From assembly GCA_951406725.2 (NCBI GenBank), contig OX597815.1:95914001-95978000 (forward strand): a stretch of 64,000 nucleotides of DNA. The letters are read 5' to 3'. Numbering within the stretch: the first letter of the stretch is position 1; every line of letters begins with the position of its first letter. The notes under the pieces were generated by a model. It was not told the DNA's origin, searched no databases, and saw only the letters and a program-made list of their open reading frames with translations. Source of the stretch: Octopus vulgaris (lineage: Eukaryota). The position numbers were made by a program, and so were the translations under genes. Of the stretch, positions 40,271 to 53,780 are shown piece by piece.

Positions 40271-41942
40271 AGCAAGCTACTTACCACACAGCCACTCCTG
40301 TGCCTAGGTGTAGACAATATTTAATTCATAATCCAGGTTGTTACTTGGTTATACACTACATACTATATTCGAATATCATGTTACGTACATATTAATTGTA
40401 CAGAATTCTACGTATAGAGAATATATTATTTTACATAACAAGCCATATATTTGTTAAAATAATTACGTCATCGTATGTATTGTTATATTCTTCAGAATGC
40501 TTGCATTACTAGTGCCAATAATTGTTTGCCTTAGTGAGTAGTGTCATGCAACGAGACGGTTGCTTTTCGTATGCCCTCCATGCTCCAATTGATATTTTTA
40601 TACCTTCTTGAAATGCTAACAAACGACCGTCGTAAATTCCCTTATAACAATATTATTTTCATGCGTGGGTAAACAGCACCCAGATTCCAAAACAAAGCAG
40701 TTGAAGAATATTTGATATGGATATGTTTGTTTGATCCTACATCCATAATTTACATGAATAAAAAACGTATTGTAGTATACAAAGAACATATTACAAATAT
40801 TATAAAATGAATACTTGTCCCTAATGCACAAGCTTCAAAATATTTGCATGGTTTCTTCACTGCATTTTCACGGCTAGTATTAGCCGCTTGCGTGTATATA
40901 AATATTGCTTATAATAGTAGCCGAACTAATTTATCACAAACGTGAGGTAAACAATATACCTTCAAGTTAGAAAAATAACGCTATTTGTGTATTCTTTTGT
41001 ACAACCATTTCTATCGTTTTTATTAAAACGAAAATGATCATCAGCATCAATATTCAAGACACCGTTTACCAATTTATTTATAGTGATAACAAGTATTGTG
41101 CTTTAGTAAATTCGTTTCTCAGCAAAATTATATAAAATTCTCCAGAGAAAATGCCATTGGCTAGATAAAATATAATTACATTCGAATTTACATTACAAAT
41201 GTAGGGTGTTCATATTTTGTTGTGTGCCAATTTGTTTGTAGAGCTGTGATTTAAAAACATTCGAATATTTTGTTAGCTACTGTCATTCTTGAAATCAATA
41301 TCTGATAAAAAGTTGATGGAAAGACTTCAAAATTCTCATTAAATAGTTTTAGATATTCTTATATTCACTGTAGGTAATTTAATTAAATAATGAAAGCTGA
41401 GTAAAAGAGAAGTTTATAATAGTGTTGATACTGTGATATGGACGATTACATACACAAGTATGTTCTATTGAATAGCTTGATAGCTAATATTTGCCAATTT
41501 CACAAACATCTGTACCGTGATTTATGAGAAAAGTAATTTAAGTAAATTGGTCGTGCATATTTCATTTCACATTAGTGCTTCGGATGGCGAAGTCTTAAAA
41601 TGAGAAGGTTATATATTATGATTATAAAATGTTATATCAAACAGTTACGATCATTCTGAGACCTCTCGATTCACTTTAATTTCTAGTGCAAGCAGTGATG
41701 TTATTCGTGCACAAATAACCCACATGATAGCGCAAATAATCATAACTCCTTGCAATTATATTCCCTTTTGAGTCATAAATTTACATTTCTGCGTAAAAGG
41801 GACATATCATTCACGCAAGAACATTCAAGTTTATGCCGAACATGTAGAATCGTCATCAATCTTTTCTGATTCAATGCTTAGTAGACTTAACAATTTCGTT
41901 TTGATGGATGAGAAAATATTCTCTGGAAATTTCAAACAATTC

Positions 41943-41944
41943 TA

Positions 41945-42001
<57 letters not shown>

Positions 42002-42092
42002 GTTGTTGTTGTTATTGTTGTTGTTGTTGTTGTTGTTGTTGTTATTATTGTAGTTGCTGTTGTGGTTGTTTTTATTGTTATTATTATTATTA

Positions 42093-42159
<67 letters not shown>

Positions 42160-42176
42160 CATCATTATTATTATTA

Positions 42177-42214
<38 letters not shown>

Positions 42215-42270
42215 GCCGTTGTTATTGTTGTTGTTGTAGCAGTTGTGGTAGTTGTTATTATTATTATTAC
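41943..42270. repeat. Long compound (TTA)n/(TTG)n/(TCA)n microsatellite
   Basis: Read directly; explains the poly-Y/I/L ORFs. Confidence 0.95.
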
Positions 42271-42970
42271 TATTTTATTGTCATTGCACAGCTTCTAACG
42301 TTGGAGATGCGCTCCAGTATCAGCTGTTCACTACCAGTGAACTAAGGTAACAGACGTTATTTTTCGAGCACTATCATGAGTATTCGAGCAGTTCCCAGCA
42401 GTGCTGTTTTCTGCAGGTTCTCCACCCTTATTGCAGCCCCTATTTATTCCATGTATTTCTCAAGAGCTTTTACTCACTGTTCCCAGGACTCCGACAGTTA
42501 TTGGTAGAGCTACCTCCTTTTTTATCGACCATAACTGCTTAACTTACCCAACTAACCTGTTATATCTATCGATGTTTCTTTCTTCCTTATCACATACCTT
42601 GTTGTCAGCTGGGCATCCTATATCTATGATCCAGCATCATTTGCTTTCTTTCTCAATTAACAATCTGTCTGGTTTCCTCTTCTCTATCTCCTGGTCGCAC
42701 TGAAACATAAAATTCCATAGGGTCTTTGCATTATCATTTTCGATAATGACTTCAGGTTTATGCTCCGACCACGTATTTGATTTGTCAAGTCCGTACTTGC
42801 TGCAAAGTGTTCATTGGACAATTCTTGCTATGTTGTCATGAAGTCTCTTATATTCTTTCTGGGCTAGTGGTGTACATTGACTGTTGATATGTCATGAAGT
42901 TTCATTATCTTGTCCATAAATTCTGCACTTATCACTTTCTGATTTGTTGTCTATTCTGTATTTGATGTTA
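42271..42970 (-). mobile_element. R4/Dong-type LINE 3' fragment (CCHC plus restriction-like endonuclease) ending in (TAA)n
   Basis: Minus strand KCRIYGQDNETS*HINSQCTPLAQKEYKRLHDNIARIV...KTLWNF...RKPD...CWIIDIGCPAD...PITVGVLGTV; short (TAA)n also at the 5' junction (about 42970-42990). Confidence 0.85.
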
Positions 42971-45900
42971 ATTATTATTATCATTATTATTTGCTGAATG
43001 TTCTTCGCTTTGGCTTTTAAAAGCATGTTTTCGTTGCAAATATGTTGTTCATTCTAATTTCCTTTCGACAATTTGTTGAATAAAAGTCCCTAGTTCACAG
43101 TGTGGTGTGTAGGACAATAAGAGTGGACCCACTCATAACCTTTAGTGTCTAAAATTGTGGTGACACAAACTGTAGCACCTACTGTACTGCATGAAATGTA
43201 GGGGGGGGGAATGGTTCTTCTCAGACAATGGATATGAGCGACTCCTGTTATCTTAACTCAAACATCTCACAAGTTTGACTACCGTGGGCAACAGTGAGAG
43301 TTGAATTCGAGTAAAATAATAAAAAAAGCAGCTCTAACGAAAGCTGCAACAAAAGCAACAGCATCAATAACAGCAGACGCCACAGAAATACCAACATCTA
43401 CAAGCATAACAATAGTGATATTTTCAACAATACTAACTATGATGAGCAGCAACTCTATCAACAAGAACGACAGTGAAAAGCAACGATATCGGGTAATATC
43501 AATAACAGCAGGAGACGGAAGTATATGAATAATAGCTGTGACGGCAAAGCAATGAAATATTTCTCGTCCACCCTAAACAGACGGAGTAATGCCTGACATG
43601 CAAAGCACAAGTTGTAATTACAGGTGACATTTTATTATCAACTATCCGGAAAGCGGTGCTGCTTCAATGAGTGTCGACAATGCCCGACGTCTAGAAGCTG
43701 TACCACACAATCAAGTGCAAATAACTCTCAAAGTACCAGATGGAATACAGAATATGCAACGAGTGTAAGGCAGTATGGAAGCGTGGACATCCGTCTCAAA
43801 AGCAGAGCGCTTCTGATAAGATCCTCCATATTTCACATGTACAACGGGAAAAATGTTCTTCACGCAGCGCATTTAGGAAGAAGGACGTATCGTGTTAAAC
43901 CGCACTGAGTTCCACGTGTGTTGGACGACAGGGGGATATTAACTTATGTTGTGATGGATAACAGTAATTCACTCTTCAAATAAAATCAATGGAGAAAACT
44001 TTTGATTTTGCAGCACACTGGAAACCCTCCTTGCATTCAAATCTCAGAATATGGAAAAGATTCGGAGAAACCTCACTTTTCGATAGAGAAAATAAGAAAA
44101 AAATAATGTTTCAAATGAATATATAGAAAAATATGCACCCCTTCTAAACAAACCTTTTAAATGTACTACACAATAACGATAGCACCATGTGCTTAGTAGC
44201 ACGAAGAAATACTAAAAAACAATCACCTTCAACATTTCCCTCCTAAAAATATCAGAAGTACCCGCAAAGACAAGCACAAACTGAGCATGAACACAACACA
44301 GCCACCAAAAATGTTATACAGATACGAAGCATGAATAGAGAAATTATTCCCTTAAAAAAAATGAAACACAGGACTTCAGAAACAGCAAATTGAAGGTTTC
44401 ACTAAACATGTAAAGAAGAAGAATGGACATCCAGACATCAAACGGCAATGGTTTTACTTTTCTCACTGATTTGAGATGCTTCATCGCAATAGAGAGATGT
44501 TTGATTTTAACCGAATTCCCAAAGCTACATAGAGACCGATTCAGCCAGTTTCAGCGTCCACAAATTAGCAACATGATTTATTTAATTTTTTCTCTGCATT
44601 TCTTTTGTTAATATGTCAACTCTGGCATTGGAGTAAATATATATACAAGTGTTGGGCTCACAATGGAAATACATTTGCCAGTCAATGAACACGTCACCAG
44701 CTTTGGAGGTGATAGCCATCGGCGAGAACAAACCGTATTGCACAAGCGTCTTACCATACATTTTCAGTGAACGGGGCCCTTCGTATTTTTCACTTCGCCT
44801 GTATGGGGAAGAAGTGTAGATGCTCCTTGAGATAAGACTAGGCTTTCAGAACCTTCCTATCTCCTAGGCATGGATGGTGAGAATGTGTTCCTGGACAGAA
44901 ATATTAGCAAAATCGTTGCATTTAGACCAGTCGACATGTATGCATAAATGAGGACACAGTTACCCGATTTTTTCAGGTGCTTGTAAATTCTCCTGGGAAC
45001 CAGTTTTTTTAGTGCTGATAGGAAAAACGTGTGTAACAATCTTACAAGCCTCACCAGCATTTATAACGTGGCTGACATATGTCGACTAGATTATTCCGAT
45101 TCCACCAGTGTTGACAATTCAATTGTAAAATAAATATACGCATATGCTATAGGCAATGAGAAGGTTGCTGGACACTGAATGCGTCTTTCTCTACGGATTA
45201 TTACATTTGTTAACTGGAATTTGAGAGGAGAAAGCATCAAAAACCAATCTTGCGTAGCCCTATACAATGGCTATTATAGCAGGGTCGATAAGATTTTGTG
45301 AAAATTTAAGGATAGATATTTCTACACTAGAGCAACAGGAAGTTAAAAATCTAGAAGAGGCGCTGCAGAAAGGCGTACTGGGCGAGAGATAACTCTTGGC
45401 CAAATAACAGTGAATGATAGAGTACGGTCTTAACATGGTAGGAAATTTTAAAGTTATATAGTCCTGGAGAAATAAACAAACAAGATGATCAATACTGGAA
45501 TGAATCTGAACATAGGTCTGCTCGAGCAGTAAATTAACTGTTGTTGAATAAGAAAGTATTGAAGAGATATGTAATTGTAGTTATTATCGATAATTAACTA
45601 TTGAGGTTTGGGTATTTCGTTTGGTAATATCTATTCGGGCTGAACTGAAGGGATAGTAATTTGAAGATGGGGTTGATATGTTCAGTATATTTGTATACAT
45701 TCTTCTATTTTTGGAAGTAATTTCCTCAGTCTGTTGCAATTGTCGTAAGAAAAGATTTGCTTTTAGCATAAACCTTGAAATTTTTATATATTTTTTACTA
45801 CTTCTCATACAATAGAATAGGTATATGCTGGCATTGCTGTTGAACATAAAACCTGCTGCAATGGGCTAATTGAATAGAAACGGTTAAAACGAGATTAGAT

Positions 45901-47987
45901 CTAAAATTGGGTCTGTGTATGTATAAACACATGCAGTACCCATGTTGGTGAATGGTACTCAAAGGACTCACTGCGTTTGAGAGGAAAGAATTCCATCGGT
46001 GTTTAACATAATTTTCCCAATCCTGATATTTGTAAAAGAATTACTTCTATCATCATACATATTTGTGTCGTTTGTTTAGAATTATAGCAACGACAAATAC
46101 AACAATATAGGCAGAATTTCCTGATATTTCAAGGCACATTTTTCAGTAGAATACTACCATCCAATTTTATCGAAACTAAGCAATTTCCGAGTGCATATCT
46201 TCAAGAATCATAATAAATTTCAAACATCGATATAAGTCTATCTTATGTAAACTTAAGATTATTCTTCTATGTAATTATTGCGAAAATTGTGATTGATTCA
46301 TATTGTTAATGTGCATGCAGTAAATCCCATCCAGAGCAGATCAAAACGAAAATTATCACCGCGATTAACAGTTAATTCACTCTGCTTTCATAATGAAACA
46401 CGTATCAAGAAAATTTGCTCTAAAACATGTTTCAAAATAACTAGTTATAGGGACAGTAAATGTCGTATATTTAAGAGTTAGGCTTTGCAACTTCGTGCCT
46501 CTTATTGCGTGACACACCGGGTAAATTTATTTTAGTTTAATATCAGTATTGCCCTTGCCTTATCAGTAAAATTCAGTTGGCGGTACATACAAAGAAATGC
46601 GTTGTATATTTACTTATACGCATAGTCATGTTTATGTTGTATCCTCCTATGTGATTGAGCGTTTCCACAAAAGACTCCAATATATATTTAGTTGGGATAT
46701 AAGCATGCAAGTAAAGCACCTGATCTTAGTATCTCAGCGTGGATTAACAACTGAAGTCAGGGGGAAATTAAATTGGTAAAAGAATCCAATACTCGAATAA
46801 TCAAATTAAACTATACTATCCTGAAATCTGATGTGGGATATGTTATTAGAAAGACATTGCTCGACTGAATGCTTTAAGTGAAGCATGATTAAAGGCCGAC
46901 ATTTCTTTGTCGCTGGTCTCCTTAGCTAAACTGACCACTACCAAAGTAAAACTATACAATCACATATTTACAAGAACATTAAGTGTTTGAATTAAACGGA
47001 AACACAGTATTGTTTGTAAATTCTGATTAATCTTTTGTTTTCAGCGAAACAAAATCCATCTATCGTTGCGGCTAAGTATATGCTTTATTTGATCAAAGTC
47101 TTCAAGATTCAAATGCAGAAACACTTTCCTCCACAAACGCCACTCACCATTTCTGTCTTAGGGACTCATGTTGCCGCACGTTAGCATAAACACCCGATCA
47201 ATTCCTGTAAAAGCGACCCAGCACAACATCAAACCGAAGAGGGCTAGAGGGAGACAGCTACATCTCTTTAACGTTTGTTTAAACATTTTTTGTCTTTTTT
47301 ACGTGAGCTTCGCGTACGTTTTCGAAACAGAAGTATAAAGTATATGAACACATTTCTGTAACGAATCATGAAGCCCTGGTTTTTCAACCATAAATCTGAA
47401 TGATTAGTTACTTATAGCTATAATTAAAAACACTATTAATATCTACTACATGTGGGAAGGTGCAATAGCTATTCAGCTCAAAAATGTGTTTAAATTAACG
47501 GGAATATTAAGTTGTCAAACAATTGTAGGGCGGTGCCTCGTTTATGGGATGTCATTTTAAAGCTACATGTGACATATCATCCGATGAAAGAGAAAACATA
47601 TTAACTTAGTACAGGAGATTATTTTAATTAAACAAAACCTATCTTGCTTACTGCTTTAATATCTAAGAGTTATTAAACTACCCTTTCGTACATATACCAC
47701 AACAGGAATTACTCTGTTCAATGCTTTTTGTGATGATGGTTAGTTTTTTATTCGATTTTTTTTTTTCAATTGGAGCTCTCATTTACAGAACTAATGCATC
47801 ATATTCTACAACAATGGGACACTGAAATTTAGGCCAAAATTTCGTGAGTTCTGAGATTGTTGCTGAGTACTGCTATTTAAGTGGTAAAAATATATGCGTG
47901 TATCATTATTATTCTTATATTCATATTTTACCCGCACCAAAGCATAAAGATACAAACATATGAATATTTACATGAGTATGTGAGTGC

Positions 47988-48056
<69 letters not shown>

Positions 48057-48279
48057 ATCAATATAGGGTGGCAAAAAAAATTTTGTAGAATTCTTTTGCC
48101 ACCAGCGGCCTAGTAGGAAAAAATTAAATAGTCATAGACCATTTTTAAGTTTAACATCAACAATCAAGGAACGGCCATAATAGGCCATTCACCCACTAGA
48201 AATAACAGCCAAAGCTTCAACCGCAAATAAAAGTTAATTCTGTAAACCAGGAGAAAATTTAAAAAACATTTACCCTGTA

Positions 48280-48386
48280 ATTTCTTATACGATATACCGT
48301 TTCATCTGCTGATTAATGGTAAACTAACCTGATTAAATTAAATCAAGCCAATCTTCCACAGGCCCTCAGATTCATCAGTAAGAAAT
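48280..48386 (-). ncRNA. Intact type I hammerhead ribozyme (extended stem II)
   Basis: Reverse complement of 48851-48957; predicted cleavage between 48288 and 48287. Confidence 0.88.
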
Positions 48387-48850
48387 AGCCCAAGTCGGAA
48401 CAGATATTTTCACGAGGCATTTCCGACCTTGCCAAGTTTATATCTGACCTAAAATTTTCAAATCGTCGCACTCGCGCCAAATTTATCGGCAGCAAATAAA
48501 TATAAGCCGTCGATTCCATTACGGAATTAACCAGAAAATTCATAATTAATCAATATAGGGTGGCAAAAAAAATTTTGTAGAATTCTTTTGCCACCAGCGG
48601 TCTAAAAATGGTCTATGACTATTTAATTTTTTCCTACTAGGCCGCTGGTGGCAAAAGAATTCTACAAAATTTTTTGGCCAATATTGATTAATTATGAATT
48701 TTCTGGTTAATTCCGTAATGGAATCGACGGCTTATATTTATTTGCTGCCGATAAATTTGGCGCGAGTGCGACGATTTGAAAATTTTAGGTCAGATATAAA
48801 CTTGGCAAGGTCGGAAATGCCTCGTGAAAATATCTGTTCCGACTTGGGCT

Positions 48851-48957
48851 ATTTCTTACTGATGAATCTGAGGGCCTGTGGAAGATTGGCTTGATTTAAT
48901 TTAATCAGGTTAGTTTACCATTAATCAGCAGATGAAACGGTATATCGTATAAGAAAT
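48851..48957 (+). ncRNA. Intact type I hammerhead ribozyme (extended stem II)
   Basis: AUUUCUUA-CUGAUGA-AUCUG(58 nt including hairpin GAUUGGCUUGAUU/AAUCAGGUUAGUU)CAGAU-GAAAC-GGUAUAUC-GUA^UAAGAAAU; perfect 8-bp stem I, 5-bp stem II base, 4-bp stem III; cleavage after 48949. Confidence 0.88.
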
Positions 48958-49073
48958 TACAGGGTAAATGTTTTTAAATTTTCTCCTGGTTTACAGAATT
49001 AACTTTTATTTGCGGTTGAAGCTTTGGCTGTTATTTCTAGTGGTGAATGCCTATTATGGCGTTCCTTGATTGT

Positions 49074-49077
<4 letters not shown>

Positions 49078-49114
<37 letters not shown>

Positions 49115-49124
49115 TATATAACAT

Positions 49125-49188
<64 letters not shown>

Positions 49189-49272
49189 CATATATACATA
49201 TGTACATATATATACACATATATATATATGTATATATATATACATATATATATATACACATATATATATGTA

Positions 49273-49306
<34 letters not shown>

Positions 49307-49450
49307 CATATTTATATATGTATGTATGCATATCTATATGCATACATACATACACACACACATGTATATGTATATATATGTGTGCATATATATATATATA
49401 TATATGTATATGTATGTATGTATATGTATGTATGTATATGTATATGTTTA
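49078..49450. repeat. Long interrupted (TA)n/(CA)n/(TG)n microsatellite
   Basis: Read directly from the sequence. Confidence 0.95.
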
Positions 49451-52400
49451 TATGCTTATAACATATTTTTTGCATTTTGTGGCTGGCTGCCAATACGAAA
49501 AGAGGTACCAGCGGAAAATCTCCTAAAATGTGATGAAATAATCTATTCAAGGTCCATTTCAACCAATTTGAGTATCGGCAATTTTTTACTTTATTTTTAG
49601 GCATTTATGCATAAAATTATGTCTTCCAGCAAATATGTTTATAGGACATATAGCTCTAAATTACTAGAAAACACCCAGTGTAACATATCAATCTGCCTTA
49701 AGCGAAATTGTGCCATATTATCTCATAATATTTATTGAACGAGCTGTTCAGTTAATTGGGCAATATCATACCATGCATTACCATTATTCGTGCAGCAGGT
49801 ATTGTAATGATTCTATAATTCTTACACTGCGAGGTTAATACGAAGCTGAGAAAATAACGGCAGCGTGTAGTGTGGCCGTCATAATCAGGAATTGTTTGCA
49901 TTAGTTTGTGTCTTTAGCGAAAGTGAGAATCACGTCAAGTCCATCTCTAAATAGGTTTCTCCTCCGTCTACACATCAGAAAACGCATAGTTGAAAATAAA
50001 ACTGCTGTAACATGATACACAAAGTATTCGTAGTTATAAGAAACCTTTAAAATACAAAGGACTAACACCTACCACTGATACATAGACACACGCACACACA
50101 CATAGATACACATATACACACCATACATACACACACATACATACATGCATACATACATGCTCACAGATTCAAGCCATCACTGGAAATGTAAATATCTGTA
50201 ACACTTTCCAGAAGTTTGTCATTTAAATATATATGAGGATATCTAGATATACAAGTATATGCATAAAATGTACATCAAACTAAAAACACAAATCTGCGCA
50301 TATACATACATACATATATACATACATACATTCAAAAATACTCTGATGATATTCTTGAAATCTCAATGAAAGAGACTGGTATCTAGGTTTGAAACCGACT
50401 ATTTCTTTAATGGTAAGATATCTTAAAATAAAATTGAAGAAAGGCATACATACGTTCATTCATACATTCATGCATAAAATCAATGCTTATTACAAATGAA
50501 GTACATTTCCTTTTCTAAATTCAATACACCTTACACAAATAATTTAATTTGTACTTCAGAAGGTGACAACCTTAATGGCCAAGGCATTATGATAACCCGA
50601 ATCCCTAAAATTGCACATATACAGATATATGTTGTACGGTATTTAGGCATATTCACTTTTGGTGGCTTCCCTCATTTTGTTATCTGTTTACTTTTTTATA
50701 GTATAACATTTTCTTTGAATTATCTGTGTGAAAACTGTCTAGTAACTTAAGAGCAGGTAAGCACGAAGGTATTCGACTGAAAGGCTTTGTCTCATCCTTT
50801 TGTTTGTCAAACTTTGATTAAAGAATGACCTTATACGAATATAAGGTTTTGTGGGTCGGGTGTCGCCTCTTGCAAAGAGAAAGAACAAAAACTTCACAAC
50901 TTTAAATTCTGCTTCAACTCTTGATATGACAATCTAATGCTACAGCTTCAAGCAACAGTACTGTCAAGAAAGAATGGCGCTATTCTTTCTTTTGAAGATA
51001 AGTCACACTAAACTAACTCCTGGTACATGGTGTTCCTCTCTAATATTTGGATATTCAGTTCTTCATTTCTCAAGGTGATGTAACTGTTGCAGTTAATTGA
51101 ATCATTTAATTTAAATGTAGTCGCATAACTTCAATCAATCTTTGCTGCAATGTGTGTATATGTGCCTCTTGCCACTTACCACACGCAAAATTTCATTCTT
51201 TCGTTAGTATCATGTACATTGAGAAGATGGATGAATCGTTTGATGGAACTTTTCTAAAATGCAATGGACTCTTGATTTTTCAAATTCCTATCTGACCAGA
51301 GATGTTCGTGAACAATTGGAATACTTTCTACTAACCGTTCTTGCTTTGAAGGTCCATTGATACCAGCAGTCTTCCTGACGTTCTGAACACTTCCATCTGT
51401 TTCAAATATTTTAACTGTCACATGGACATTTCTGTTAACGTAAAATAAACGACAACCTACCTCAAGTACCATCGCCCTTCCTGGCTCCTGGGTATGATTA
51501 AATGATTACTTTTGTTGAAATAATATGCTTTAAGATTTTAGTCGGGTAGAACCGTCGTTACTTTACTTGTTTGTATAAATGAAAATAGTGTGGGCGTTGA
51601 CCACCCTCCCTTGATTATGGTAATATACAAAGACAACGTTGAATTTTAGATACCTATGGTAACGGCGACATATTATCTATAAGCAAGACTTTTCATAACA
51701 CTATTCTGATAGATGTATTGATAACACTGGTTCTGATAGCTGCATTGACGTCGAAAATCAATTTAATATTTTACTGATGTATAATGAAAAACGTGTAGCC
51801 ATTAGTATTTTATAGTCGGGTTTTGTCTCAAGAATATTATATAGTTTTCTATATTATGAATATGGAAACTTATATTATTTTCTATATTATTTTCTAGGTG
51901 ACAGTGATAGTTATCAGTTTCACTAACTACCAAAATCAAAGGTAGCTGTTAAATTATAGCAGTTACGTGGAATAGAAATCTGGTTTCTTTCAACGCAACA
52001 TCTTTTGCAAATAGCATTTCACAATTAAAGAATGAGAATTTGTATTTCGTTCCCATCAAATGTCATGGATTGATGCCTGGTTGGTAGCGTCCTTGAGCAA
52101 GGCACACGATTTCACGTTCTGCCAACCTATGGAGCTGAAAATGAGTTAAAATCTCCTGTCGGTACCAGATTATCCCACTCAACGTTTTCCATCTTCAATG
52201 TTGTGCTATGTCAAACGTCGGAGAACTGAGGACGTCTTTTGTCTGTTATTGTATAGATAGGCAACTTAGCAGTAAATAATATCCTGGTAGCTGCTATCGA
52301 GCCATATCTCATTGTAAGCGACGGCTGTTGCATTCTGCAAAATAAACATTATTAAGTTTTGTGAAGTATGTGGTTTTACAGTTACCGAAGAAAAGGTTTT

Positions 52401-53505
52401 CCGATTACTCATCACAAATTACAACAGTTAATGTTTTCCAATAATTTTGACAACATGCCCAATCTACCATTTTTCTACATCTTATCATAGTGTAGAAAAA
52501 TAAAACACTCGATCCTAATACTGAAACAAATTATTAAATAATCATAACAGCTTGCAATAAAAACAAAATTAAAACAAAAATGGCAGTCTAATGTCTGCTT
52601 TTACACTTATAAAAAGTTAACAATTTCCAACATATTGTTGTAAAACTTTTATTTCTTTCTAAATGTTATCAAGGGTTTATGATACAATAAATGACCAAAT
52701 ACTGTTCAGATGAAAAAAAAAAAGATTATAGAAAGGACATATATAACATGTTAATTCTATACTTTCGTATGGTTCAGGAAATTTGATTAAATTTAAAGTG
52801 CTTAAGAATAAGAATATTTAATGCTAAAAATGTATATACTTTTGAAGCCTAACTCGTATAGGAAAATATTCAGTTACATTAAATCTCATAAAGTTTGAAT
52901 GCTAGTATTTTGCTGTGTGTGTGTTTTTTTCATTAGTTATTTAATATGTCTAACGCATATCTTTGCACTGTTGGTCTCAGATTTTCCAGTGTTTACTGTC
53001 CACTGTGGTAATAATTTTGATAATCAAAAGTATGATAATTAGACGCTCCACATGAAATCGATGCCGTATGACCGTCATTCTGCCTTAAACGATAACATCA
53101 AATAAAGTTAAATAACGTTTTCCAAAGTATAATATGAGAAACAAGGAGGGTGAAACTACTGGATTATATTTGGTTATTCGAATGACCGATTGAGCTTTGT
53201 AAGCCATAATTCTTCATTATTCAATTCTAAATTTACCTATACTGAAAAATGTCCATTAAAATGACACTCAAAATTTTATAGCTGAATGAATGTACTGAAA
53301 AGGATGTGTTTCAAAGATTTTATGTCCACATACATGGATTATGTGAATGAGGGAAATACCGCGCAAAAGTATATTGTTTTTATTAAAAAAATTATTTTCC
53401 GTTACAAGATGAACAGGCAGAACACATGGTACGCAAGAAAAAATTGCTTAGTGGCGTTTCATCTGTCCTTACGTTCTCATTTAATATATATGTATGTATA
53501 CATAT

Positions 53506-53509
<4 letters not shown>

Positions 53510-53567
<58 letters not shown>

Positions 53568-53612
53568 ATATATATATATGTATTTATGTATACATACACA
53601 CACACGCATATA

Positions 53613-53650
<38 letters not shown>

Positions 53651-53780
53651 TGTGTGTGTATGTATACATAAATACATATATATATATGTATTTATGTATA
53701 CATACACACACACGCATATATATATGTATATATATATATATATATATACATGCACATATACATATACACATACACATATG
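53510..53780. repeat. (TA)n tract with forward, inverted and forward copies of a unit of about 30 nt
   Basis: TGTATTTATGTATACATACACACACACGCA at about 53579, its reverse complement at about 53647, and forward again at about 53687. Confidence 0.9.

Larger units (their letters stand above)
48054..49077. mobile_element. Near-perfect inverted-repeat element made of two permuted copies of a 492-nt HHR monomer, inserted in (TA)n
   Basis: 48054-48108 recurs at 48546-48600 (period 492); 48603-49077 is the reverse complement of 48147->48054 joined to 48545->48156; (TA)n on both sides. Confidence 0.92.

Noticed and set aside
40998-41050. Minus-strand CUGAUGA...GAAAUGGUUGUA HHR-like motif
   Set aside because: Stem I has only 2 bp, stem II is offset from the core and there is no repeat context; likely chance.
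43560-45900. Possible decayed retroelement fragments
   Set aside because: Composition is suggestive but I could not read a diagnostic motif.
48343-48894. Identical 66-aa ORFs on opposite strands (48343..48543 - and 48694..48894 +)
   Set aside because: A consequence of the inverted repeat; no recognisable domain, and each overlaps an HHR. Translation is not excluded but has no support.
50331-50445. CTGATGA...GAAAC in a short segment between (CATA)n tracts
   Set aside because: No stem I, stem III or NUH triplet; probably a short interspersed repeat.
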